This document shows, piece by piece, positions 56,430-64,000 of a stretch of 64,000 nucleotides of DNA. The notes under the pieces are model-generated. The model saw only the letters and a list, made by a program, of their open reading frames with translations. It did no database searches and was not told the DNA's origin. The DNA comes from Nitrospirota bacterium. GTDB taxonomy: Bacteria; Nitrospirota; Nitrospiria; 2-01-FULL-66-17. The number at the start of each line of letters is the position of its first letter. The first letter of the stretch is position 1. The stretch lies in the NCBI GenBank assembly GCA_049325335.1, contig JBMOMC010000002.1, positions 64,001-128,000 of the forward strand. Direction: 5' to 3'. The position numbers and the translations under genes were made by a program.

Positions 56430-57359
56430 ATGGATGAGCGGTCCGAGTCTCGGGCAAAGACCCCGATGAAGCGTGATGCCTTGTTTTACGGTCTGGTGGC
56501 CGCGTTCATTGCGTTTGTGCTCATGATTGTGTTCATGTTGTATGCGATGGTGCAGTCGCGAGCCGTGCTGCGCCAGGCCGCGCAAACGCGGTCCACGCCG
56601 GCCGAAGCGGTGAGGACCGAGCAGTGGGACTTCACGCAACTCCGCGTGGTCAAGCAGGACGACGGTTCCGACATGGTGTTGGTTCCGGAAGGGCCGTTCC
56701 TGATGGGAAGCCCGCCGGTTGAGGGTGACCAAGATGAGATGCCGCAGCGCGGTGTGTTTGTGGGCGCGTTTTGGATCGATCTTTTCGAGGTAACGTTCGC
56801 GCAGTACGAGTTGTTCACGCGGGCCACGCGGGCGCCCACGCCGGTGATCCCGGTCCTGCAGGACGATCCCGCCAAACTGACGGCGCCCGAGCAGCCGGTG
56901 GTTGCCGTGTCGTGGACTCAGGCCAGCGCGTACTGCGCGTGGCTGGGTAAGCGGCTTCCCACCGAGGCCGAATGGGAAAAAGCCGCACGGGGTGATCGTG
57001 CGGTGGCCTGGCCGTGGGGATCGGTATTCGGCCCAGGGCTCGCGAATATACAAGGCGCCGACGACGGATTCGCGTACACCGCGCCGCCCGGGTCGTTTCC
57101 CAAAGGACGAAGTTTTTATGGGCTGTACGACGCGTCCGGCAATGTGGCCGAGTGGGTTGCGGATTGGTACGACCACACCTATTACTTAGGCGCGCCGTTT
57201 GAATCGCCCAAAGGGCCGGAAACTGGGAAACATCGCGTGTACCGCGGCGGGTCGTGGAATGATACGCCGTCGGACGTCAGAGCCGCCAAACGATTTGCGG
57301 CGGCGCCGCACCAGACGAGCGCAGTGATCGGTTTTCGGTGCGCGAAAAGCGACGGCTGA
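56430..57359 (+). CDS. Membrane-anchored formylglycine-generating-enzyme (FGE/SUMF1) domain protein
   Basis: GPFLMG, KRLPTEAEWEKAARG, GNVAEW, RGGSW, GFRCA. Confidence 0.9.
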   Translation: MDERSESRAKTPMKRDALFYGLVAAFIAFVLMIVFMLYAMVQSRAVLRQAAQTRSTPAEAVRTEQWDFTQLRVVKQDDGSDMVLVPEGPFLMGSPPVEGDQDEMPQRGVFVGAFWIDLFEVTFAQYELFTRATRAPTPVIPVLQDDPAKLTAPEQPVVAVSWTQASAYCAWLGKRLPTEAEWEKAARGDRAVAWPWGSVFGPGLANIQGADDGFAYTAPPGSFPKGRSFYGLYDASGNVAEWVADWYDHTYYLGAPFESPKGPETGKHRVYRGGSWNDTPSDVRAAKRFAAAPHQTSAVIGFRCAKSDG

Positions 57360-57367
57360 TGTCGGAA

Positions 57368-57505
57368 TCAGAATAACTCGAAATAATACAACACCATAAA
57401 GGCGGCGATGACGATGTTGATGACCATGCCCAGCAATACGATCCAGTCAAAGACCGATCGCTTGCGCGCCGCGACGTCTTCCTGGGTTTCCGTTTGTGCG
57501 TCCAT
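57368..57505 (-). CDS. 45-aa single-TM protein (not in ORF track)
   Basis: AAGGAG RBS; MDAQTETQEDVAARKRSVFDWIVLLGMVINIVIAAFMVLYYFELF. Confidence 0.65.
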   Translation of the reverse strand: MDAQTETQEDVAARKRSVFDWIVLLGMVINIVIAAFMVLYYFELF

Positions 57506-57593
57506 ACCCTCTCCTTACCGATTGGCGTAGCATGCCAAAACCCACTGAAGCGAGTCAAGCCTGAGTGGATAACCTGGGTGAACAACCGTCGGC

Positions 57594-57623
57594 TTGACTT
57601 GGTTCGTCACCGGCTCCTATAAT
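57594..57623 (+). promoter_or_regulatory. Sigma70-like promoter
   Basis: TTGACT-18-TATAAT. Confidence 0.55.
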
Positions 57624-57644
57624 GCCTCCCTGGGTTTTCCGACG

Positions 57645-57794
57645 ATGTACGAATTCGATTTCGGTCATATCGTCCTGTATCCCCTCGGCGTGTTCGCGTT
57701 GAGCGCGGTCTTTTTTGGGTGGGGCTACCGCGTGGGACGTCGCAAGGAGCGGGATCGTGTGCTCGCCGTTGCGGCGTCGTCGGGGGGGCGATGA
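57645..57794 (+). CDS. Small membrane protein
   Basis: One TM plus basic tail; stop overlaps the next ATG. Confidence 0.6.
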   Translation: MYEFDFGHIVLYPLGVFALSAVFFGWGYRVGRRKERDRVLAVAASSGGR

Positions 57795-58036
57795 TGCGGA
57801 CGCGGTTTTACGTGGCGATGATGGTGGTGGTGGTGGGCGCCGCGTTTTTGGTGGACTACTTGATGGGCAAGCTGTACGTGCGCTACATGATTTTGTTTTC
57901 GGGCGCGATTTTTCTCTGGGGCATGGCGGTGGGGCAGCGGTCGGAGCAGGCATGGATGCGCCGACAATCCGGACGCCCGGTTGGGATCATGCGCCGTCCT
58001 CGCTTCAGCCACTCGGATCGGGAGACTTCGCAGTGA
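57791..58036 (+). CDS. Small membrane protein (2 TM)
   Basis: ATGA and GTGA overlaps on both sides; two hydrophobic helices. Confidence 0.6.
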   Translation: MMRTRFYVAMMVVVVGAAFLVDYLMGKLYVRYMILFSGAIFLWGMAVGQRSEQAWMRRQSGRPVGIMRRPRFSHSDRETSQ

Positions 58037-58242
58037 AACACCTGTTTTATGCGTTTTACGTGTCGTTTTATGCGGGCGCGATGTTCGTGGCGGGCTTGTT
58101 CGTCGGACAGTTTATGGAGCGACGCTGGGCCGTGAAGGAACGCGAACAGACGGACCAGACGGAGTCTCGGACCGCGGGGACGGGCCTGATCCTCGACAAA
58201 TCCCCGGTGGCGCTTTCCAATCAGTCGACGCCGTCGCGCTAA
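58033..58242 (+). CDS. Small membrane protein
   Basis: GGAG RBS plus GTG; one TM segment. Confidence 0.6.
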   Translation: MKHLFYAFYVSFYAGAMFVAGLFVGQFMERRWAVKEREQTDQTESRTAGTGLILDKSPVALSNQSTPSR

Positions 58243-58311
58243 ACGGCGGTTGCCCGTCTGCGAAGGGCACGGTTCCCAACCCGTCGCGTCGCCCCCTCGC
58301 CTCCAGTCGAT

Positions 58312-59217
58312 ATGAGCAGTTTCTTTAAATGGCTCTATCTCGGGTTGGTCCTGGCCATCGTCGGGATCCTTATGGTCGGCATTAAGCGGACCGGGAAGGT
58401 GCCGGGCGAGGAGGTCGAGTCGTCCGGGTACACGCCGTTGGCGGTCAAGATTAAAGCGGCGGAAGAGCAGATGAAAAACGCCGAGTCGCAGCTCGCGACC
58501 GTGACTATCGACCCGGAATTCGATCGGATGATTCATATTCCCGGCGGTCCGTTTACCATGGGCGATCGGTTGGGAGGGGCGATCGAACAGCCGGAACGCA
58601 CCATCACGTTGGCTCCGTTCTGGATCGATGCCTACGAAACCACGTTTGCGCACTACTATGCTTTTATGGCCGCAACGAGCCATCGCAAACCCCGGTTGGC
58701 CGGATATCTCGCGGTGGACAGCAGCGCATTGCCGTTTCTCATGAATCCCTACAACCCCGTGGTCGGGGTGTTTTGGGAGGACGCCAACGCCTATTGCATC
58801 TGGAAAGGGAAGCGGCTTCCGACTGAGGTCGAATGGGAACGGGCCACCAAAGGGCCGAGTCAGCGGTTGTACCCGTGGGGCGACGAGCCGATCGCCGCGA
58901 ACGCGAATTTGGTCGATGACGCGGATGGGTTTAAGTACACGTCTCCGGTCGGCGCGTTTCGAGGCGACCGGAGTCCCGAGGGGGTGTTCGATCTTGCCGG
59001 CAATGTGATGGAGTGGACCGCAGATTGGTTCGACGAGCGCTACTACACGACTATGTCAGATCGCGATCCGTTGGGGCCCCCGAACGGCAAGGAGCGGGTT
59101 ATTCGAGGCGCGTCCTGGAACGACTCGGTGTCGAGGGCGAGGGCCACCACCCGATTCAAAATGCGTCCCGATTATCGGGACGTAACGATCGGATTTCGCT
59201 GCGCGAAATCCGGGTAA
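58312..59217 (+). CDS. Membrane-anchored FGE/SUMF1 domain protein
   Basis: KRLPTEVEWE, YPWG, GNVMEW, RGASW, GFRCA. Confidence 0.9.
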   Translation: MSSFFKWLYLGLVLAIVGILMVGIKRTGKVPGEEVESSGYTPLAVKIKAAEEQMKNAESQLATVTIDPEFDRMIHIPGGPFTMGDRLGGAIEQPERTITLAPFWIDAYETTFAHYYAFMAATSHRKPRLAGYLAVDSSALPFLMNPYNPVVGVFWEDANAYCIWKGKRLPTEVEWERATKGPSQRLYPWGDEPIAANANLVDDADGFKYTSPVGAFRGDRSPEGVFDLAGNVMEWTADWFDERYYTTMSDRDPLGPPNGKERVIRGASWNDSVSRARATTRFKMRPDYRDVTIGFRCAKSG

Positions 59218-59283
59218 TTCCGATCCTTGAGTACGCGAATCAGTCGTGCGTCCGGTTGGTGAAATTTTGACTGGATTTTTTGC

Positions 59284-59312
59284 TTGACTCCGTTTTTCGC
59301 CTTCCCTATAAT
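59284..59312 (+). promoter_or_regulatory. Near-consensus sigma70 promoter of the oxidase operon
   Basis: TTGACT-17-TATAAT. Confidence 0.75.
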
Positions 59313-59365
59313 GCCGCTGTTCTGATTGGAATTTGGGCATTAAGGGACTCGCCAAGGAGTAAACG

Positions 59366-59509
59366 ATGGAAAAGAACACCCACACCACCCCAGAAGGCAC
59401 TGGAAGTCGAGCGGGAGCCATCATCTACATCGTGGTATCGATAATTTCGATCTGGTTCTTCTATTGGTTCGGGAATATCGGCGCGGCGAGCCACGCCGGT
59501 GCTCACTGA
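59366..59509 (+). CDS. 47-aa single-TM protein (not in ORF track)
   Basis: AAGGAG RBS; MEKNTHTTPEGTGSRAGAIIYIVVSIISIWFFYWFGNIGAASHAGAH. Confidence 0.7.
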   Translation: MEKNTHTTPEGTGSRAGAIIYIVVSIISIWFFYWFGNIGAASHAGAH

Positions 59510-59540
59510 GCGACCTCGCCACTGAAAGGGTCTCATTCAT

Positions 59541-59660
59541 ATGAAAATGGTCGTCTTAATTGGAATCGCAATTGTGGGGTGGTTCTTTTATTTTCAGTTT
59601 ATTGATTGGTTGATGATGAAGGCGCAGGGGCTCGACTACTTCACGTTTTTGAAGATCTAA
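59541..59660 (+). CDS. 39-aa single-TM protein (not in ORF track)
   Basis: MKMVVLIGIAIVGWFFYFQFIDWLMMKAQGLDYFTFLKI. Confidence 0.6.
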   Translation: MKMVVLIGIAIVGWFFYFQFIDWLMMKAQGLDYFTFLKI

Positions 59661-59862
59661 GTTCCTGTTCGCGCGTTCTGCGCGGGGTAGGCTGTTTTGT
59701 CGTCCGTGAATCCGGCGGGCGTGGTCCTCGGAAGTCGCCGATCGAACCGAGCAATTGGTGGCGAGAACGCGGGACTGGATGGCGAGATTAAGTAAGGCAA
59801 AGGACCTCTCTGGGGTTCGCTCAATTCCATATTGGGCGGTTGGAACAACGAAGGAGAAAGCC

Positions 59863-61806
59863 ATGAAGCTGATAAGAGCGATGGGGAACGGGCAAAGAGT
59901 GTGGTCCTTCCTGATGTTGGGGGCAATGCTCGCGACGTTGCTCCTTCCTCTGGCGCTCGTCCTGACTCCGGGCACCTCGATGGCAGCCGAGGAAGCCGCG
60001 CAGCAGGTTGCCGGGTGCGAGAAGAAGGGAAAGGATGTCTACTTCAAGGTCGAGGGGTGCGTCTCCGGTCCCCCGGCGCCCACTACCACGGCGGCCGATT
60101 ATCCTGCGTACCAGTTGCCTTATCCGTTAAGCGAAAACCGCGTCGTCATTTGGACCATCGCACAGCAGCATCTCTATTTCGGGAGCTTTGTGCTGGCGGT
60201 ACCGATTTTCTGCATGATCATCGAGCTGGTCGGCATCATGTCCAAAGATCGGGTGGCTGGCAAGCGATATGACGATCTGGCCCACGATTTCATCCGGATC
60301 AGTTTAACCGCGTATTCGGTCACCGCGATTTTGGGCGGGATACTCCTCTTTTCATTTATCGCGTTGTACCCGACATTCTTTGCGTACATCGCGTCGCTCT
60401 TCAAGCCCTTCATGCATATTTACGCGCTGCTCTTTTTGGCTGAAAGCGGCACGTTATATATCTACTACTACGGGTGGGACAAGATGAACGATGGCGGGTT
60501 CCTCAAGTGGATCCACGCCACGCTCGGTATTTTACTCAATGTGTTCGGCAGCGTGCTCATGATGCTCGCGAATTCGTGGAGCAGCTTCATGATGTCGCCG
60601 GCTGGCGTTGATGAAAAAGGGCAGTTTCTCGGTAGTCTGATCAATCTGCTGCACAACGCGCTCTGGAATCCGTTGAACGTGCACCGTATCATCGGGAATA
60701 TGGTGTTCGGCGGCGGGATTGTGGCGGCCTATGCCGCGTACAAGTTCCTGGCGGCTAAGACCGACCGTGAAAAGGCCTACTACGATTGGATGGGCTACGT
60801 GGCCATGTTTTTGGCGATCGCGTCCCTCATTCCGCTCCCATTCGCGGGGTATTGGCTGATGCGCGAGGTATACGCCTACCGTCAGCAAATGGGCATTACG
60901 CTGATGGGCGGGTTGCTCGCGTGGTTGTTCATCATTCAAGCCGTGTTGATTGGCGCCTTGTTTTTTACCACCAACTACTATCTGTTCAACGGCATGGGCC
61001 GCATGCGCGGGTCCGAGCCATACCGCAAATATGTCAAATACATCCTGTTCTTGACCACGGCCGCGTTTTTGGTGTGGCTGACCCCGCACACCTTGGTGAT
61101 GCGCGCCGCGGAGTTAAAGGCGATTGGCGGTCAGCAGCATCCGGTGATCGGGAACTTCGGAGTGATGTCCGCGAAGAACGGCGCGGTCAACACCATGTTG
61201 ATCACCACGATTATCTCCTTCGTCCTATATCAACGCTGCAATAAGATCATCACGGTGTCGTGGGCCGCGTTGGGAAATGCGGTCATGATCGCGATGTTCG
61301 CGGTGGCGCTGGTCAACAACTGGTGGCTGGCGATCATCGGCTACTTCATCCCCGCGAACGTCCGCGTGGGCTTGTCGGTTCCCCAGGTGGTTGGCACGCT
61401 GACGTGTTTGTTTGTCGGGTTGGGTCTGAACGTGGCCATGATGAAAGGCGCACGGCTGACCGGGCCCGTGGAATGGGGCAAAATTTCGGTCCGATCGCAG
61501 TATGGGTTGTTTGCGCTCGGGGTGTCGTTTACCTGGCTCATGGCCCTTATGGGGTACATCCGATCTTCGGTGCGACTGTTCTGGCACTCCATGGAGGTCT
61601 TTCGCGATAACTCGCCATGGGCGTTTACCCACGCGATCGGGTTTGCCGCGAATGTGATGTCGTTCAACGTGTTGATCTTCTGGACCTTCACCTTGTTCGT
61701 GTTCTGGCTTGGGGAGTTCTCCTCGCACAAGCAGGTCCCTTCGATGGTGGATGAGCGGCAGCCCTCCGGTCTTGGGCAGCCAGTGATCGCTGGAGGCTCA
61801 AAGTAA
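59863..61806 (+). CDS. Cytochrome bd-like oxidase subunit I (Nitrospira-type)
   Basis: AAGGAG RBS; QQHLYFGSFVLAVP, FLAESG..Y.YYYGW, ANSW.SFMMSPAG, HRIIGN, MGYIRS; many TM helices. Confidence 0.88.
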   Translation: MKLIRAMGNGQRVWSFLMLGAMLATLLLPLALVLTPGTSMAAEEAAQQVAGCEKKGKDVYFKVEGCVSGPPAPTTTAADYPAYQLPYPLSENRVVIWTIAQQHLYFGSFVLAVPIFCMIIELVGIMSKDRVAGKRYDDLAHDFIRISLTAYSVTAILGGILLFSFIALYPTFFAYIASLFKPFMHIYALLFLAESGTLYIYYYGWDKMNDGGFLKWIHATLGILLNVFGSVLMMLANSWSSFMMSPAGVDEKGQFLGSLINLLHNALWNPLNVHRIIGNMVFGGGIVAAYAAYKFLAAKTDREKAYYDWMGYVAMFLAIASLIPLPFAGYWLMREVYAYRQQMGITLMGGLLAWLFIIQAVLIGALFFTTNYYLFNGMGRMRGSEPYRKYVKYILFLTTAAFLVWLTPHTLVMRAAELKAIGGQQHPVIGNFGVMSAKNGAVNTMLITTIISFVLYQRCNKIITVSWAALGNAVMIAMFAVALVNNWWLAIIGYFIPANVRVGLSVPQVVGTLTCLFVGLGLNVAMMKGARLTGPVEWGKISVRSQYGLFALGVSFTWLMALMGYIRSSVRLFWHSMEVFRDNSPWAFTHAIGFAANVMSFNVLIFWTFTLFVFWLGEFSSHKQVPSMVDERQPSGLGQPVIAGGSK

Positions 61807-61880
61807 CCTCGACCGACTGATGGTCAATCGGCCCCTCCTGGTCGGAGGGGCCGGAAATTTCCAGACGAGGAGATGAGACG

Positions 61881-63122
61881 GTGATTCCAGGAAAGCTTGG
61901 TCTGCTTATAGGTGGCGTGGCTGGTATCGCTTTCATCAAGTGGGCGACGGCTGGTGGGGGAACACTTGGTCTGGCGTTCGGGCTGTTGCTGAGCGCGATC
62001 TTCCTCATGTGGCTCGGATACATGTTGCCCAAGGTTCGTATGTTGCTGGTGGCGGTCGGGTTCTTCACTCTGATGAGCGGAACGTTCGCCAGCTACTCGA
62101 ACTGGTTGCCGCAGGTTCGCGGCGAAGTGCCGGTTGCAGAGCCTGCCGGTTCCGCGAAAAAAGCCGAAGATATGAGCACCCAGGAACTCGCGGATAAGGG
62201 TGAGATGATCATCTTCGGGGAAATGGGTACGCTCCACGGCCAAGGCAAAGGGCAGTGCCCACTCTGCCACGGGTTCCAGAAGGGGGCGTTGAGCGAACGG
62301 GCCCCGAACCTTTCCGGGATTCCTACGCGGGCCGCTGAGCGAATCAAGGATCCCCGCTATTTGAAACCGGATAGTGTCAAAACCGAGTCCTTCTCGGGGA
62401 GCGGTCGGGCCACGAGCGCGATCGAGTATATTGCCGAATCCCACTCATGCCCGAACTGCTTTATCGTGGCGGGTTACGGCGTGAAAGGCAGCAATGACCG
62501 TGAGAGCCCGATGCCGGAGATCCATAAAGGTGCTATCGGGTTGACCATCGACGAGATGATTGCCGTCGATACCTGGCTCTTTACTCGTGAGGGAGAAGAG
62601 GCCCCGGCGGTGGCCGATCTGCGTGCCGCCTACGAAAAATTTATTCCTGAAAGCGAACGGAAGGCCCCGGAGCCTGAGGTGGCAGGCGGCGTGCCTGCCG
62701 GACCTCCTATCGCGATGGGAACGGATACGCCGGAACAGATGATCAAAAAAATGGGTTGCGCTGGATGCCACGCGATCCCAGGGACGGAATTTACTACCGG
62801 AGCCGTTGGGCCGGTCCTTGCGGAAAAAATCACCTCGGTCAAACGACTGGCGTCGGCGGAGTATAAGGCGCGAGTGAAGGAAGGGAAAGCACACGCCAAG
62901 ACGCCAAAGGAGTACGTGATCGAATCCATCATGAACCCAAGTGCGTTCGTGGTACCGGCGTTTACCTTTGGCAACCCGAATCAATCGATGATGCCGCCTG
63001 ATTTTTCAAAGAAGTTTACGTACGAGGCGGTAGAAAAACTTGCGGAGTTTTTGCTGTCACAGGATGAGGCGGCTATGGCCAAGAGCGGCCTGAAGATGGA
63101 TAAGGATGGGAAAAAGAGCTAG
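61881..63122 (+). CDS. Membrane-anchored diheme c-type cytochrome
   Basis: N-terminal TM helices, CPLCH and CAGCH, YVIESIMNP...SMMP. Confidence 0.88.
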   Translation: MIPGKLGLLIGGVAGIAFIKWATAGGGTLGLAFGLLLSAIFLMWLGYMLPKVRMLLVAVGFFTLMSGTFASYSNWLPQVRGEVPVAEPAGSAKKAEDMSTQELADKGEMIIFGEMGTLHGQGKGQCPLCHGFQKGALSERAPNLSGIPTRAAERIKDPRYLKPDSVKTESFSGSGRATSAIEYIAESHSCPNCFIVAGYGVKGSNDRESPMPEIHKGAIGLTIDEMIAVDTWLFTREGEEAPAVADLRAAYEKFIPESERKAPEPEVAGGVPAGPPIAMGTDTPEQMIKKMGCAGCHAIPGTEFTTGAVGPVLAEKITSVKRLASAEYKARVKEGKAHAKTPKEYVIESIMNPSAFVVPAFTFGNPNQSMMPPDFSKKFTYEAVEKLAEFLLSQDEAAMAKSGLKMDKDGKKS

Positions 63123-63209
63123 TGGTTGTATGTCTCGGCCCGGCGATCGCCGATTTGTGAGACGAAATAGGTTGGGTTAACCGAAGTTTTCGCGGGAGGA
63201 GGGGGTCCG

Positions 63210-64000
63210 GTGGGAAAGATTTGGATTCCGGGAGCAATGCCGATCGAGCTCCTGCTGATCCTGACGGCTGTGTTCTTCGCCTTTGTGATCGGCGGTTGGA
63301 TGCTGAAAAAGCAAGGTCGTTCCATTCCCAAATTTTGGCAGGCGTTGTTGATCTGGGGTGCCGCCTACATCGTACTTCGTTACGTGTTGTTTCCACCTAT
63401 TCCTTCGGCCCTGCTCAAAACCTATATGGGGCTGATCACCTTGGTGCTCTTCCTGCTGGTGTCGGCCGACGAAGAATCATGGGCTGAATTTAAGCGGCCC
63501 ATTCTGGATACGCTCGGCGGAGTAACCCCGACACACCGGGGAGTGCGGACGGTCACGTTTGTTGCGCTTCCTGCGTTGATGGCGTGGGGGACATGGAGCA
63601 ACGTGGTCCCGAAGTTCGAGGAGCCGATCGAGCTCCGGACCGTGCATCCGGCACCCCCGGCGTCGGTCAAACTCAATAATGGGAAGACCTACACGCTCCA
63701 GACGGCGCAGAATCCGTTCCGTGTCGATGACAGCGGCAATTATGCCAAAGATATCCAGCAAGAGCACGTAAATGATAACCCTTTTGATCCGAACGCTTCG
63801 AAATACATGCAGTACGTTCGGGAAGGCGGGGCAATCTTTTTCCAGAATTGCCACTTCTGTCATGGAGATAACCTCGATGGTCGAGGGATGTTCGCCTTTG
63901 CGTTCAACCCGATTCCCGCAAACTTCTCGGATCCGGGCACGATCGCGCAGTTGCAAGAGACGTTTGTGTTCTGGCGCGTGGCCAAGGGCGGAATGGGTCT
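63210..64000 (+). CDS. Membrane-anchored c-type cytochrome (3'-truncated; not in ORF track)
   Basis: GGAGGAGG RBS plus GTG; open to the window end; TM helices, ELRTVHPAPP, NCHFCHGDNLDG, NPIPANF.D.GTI. Confidence 0.85.
   Translation, partial: MGKIWIPGAMPIELLLILTAVFFAFVIGGWMLKKQGRSIPKFWQALLIWGAAYIVLRYVLFPPIPSALLKTYMGLITLVLFLLVSADEESWAEFKRPILDTLGGVTPTHRGVRTVTFVALPALMAWGTWSNVVPKFEEPIELRTVHPAPPASVKLNNGKTYTLQTAQNPFRVDDSGNYAKDIQQEHVNDNPFDPNASKYMQYVREGGAIFFQNCHFCHGDNLDGRGMFAFAFNPIPANFSDPGTIAQLQETFVFWRVAKGGMG

Noticed and set aside
402..61730. Long antisense or alternate-frame ORFs (e.g. 1277..2620, 7923..9395, 11004..12410, 28542..29921, 30407..31978, 52471..54180)
   Set aside because: Shadow ORFs of well-supported genes in high-GC DNA.
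59863..61806. Canonical cydA symbol
   Set aside because: No adjacent cydB and different architecture; called bd-like instead.
1..64000. CRISPR array, tRNA/rRNA, prophage or defence system
   Set aside because: No regular repeat-spacer array, structural RNA signature or phage/defence hallmark genes seen; the small P-loop ATPase at 40858 has no effector domain or partner.

Overview
GC-rich bacterial window, most likely Nitrospirota (inferred from a Nitrospira-type cytochrome bd-like oxidase/cytochrome c cluster at the right end). No rRNA, tRNA or CRISPR array seen. Main contents: (1) c-di-GMP and sigma54 signalling genes with small secreted paralog pairs (1-9.6 kb). (2) ispB and a short clade-II chlorite dismutase. 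(3) A translationally coupled 17-gene minus-strand operon (30356->14235) joining an HzsA-like multiheme lipoprotein, outer-membrane barrels, TlpA/DUF4266/DUF3570/ApbE flavinylation genes and an Agl-Glt-core-like TPR/MotA-ExbD-ExbD/TonB-like motor. (4) GGDEF/MinD, MATE, YceI and housekeeping genes. (5) A CorE-like Cys-rich ECF sigma factor flanked by twin 36-bp promoter-like sites pointing at an unannotated 56-aa metallothionein-like peptide and a YHS/DUF4396 gene. (6) A decayed accessory patch around a Tat sulfite-oxidase-family enzyme (IS5 and RAYT remnants, a MITE, porin and EAL fragments). (7) The bd-like oxidase cluster with several unannotated micro-membrane proteins. All product calls come from motif recognition only; no searches were run.
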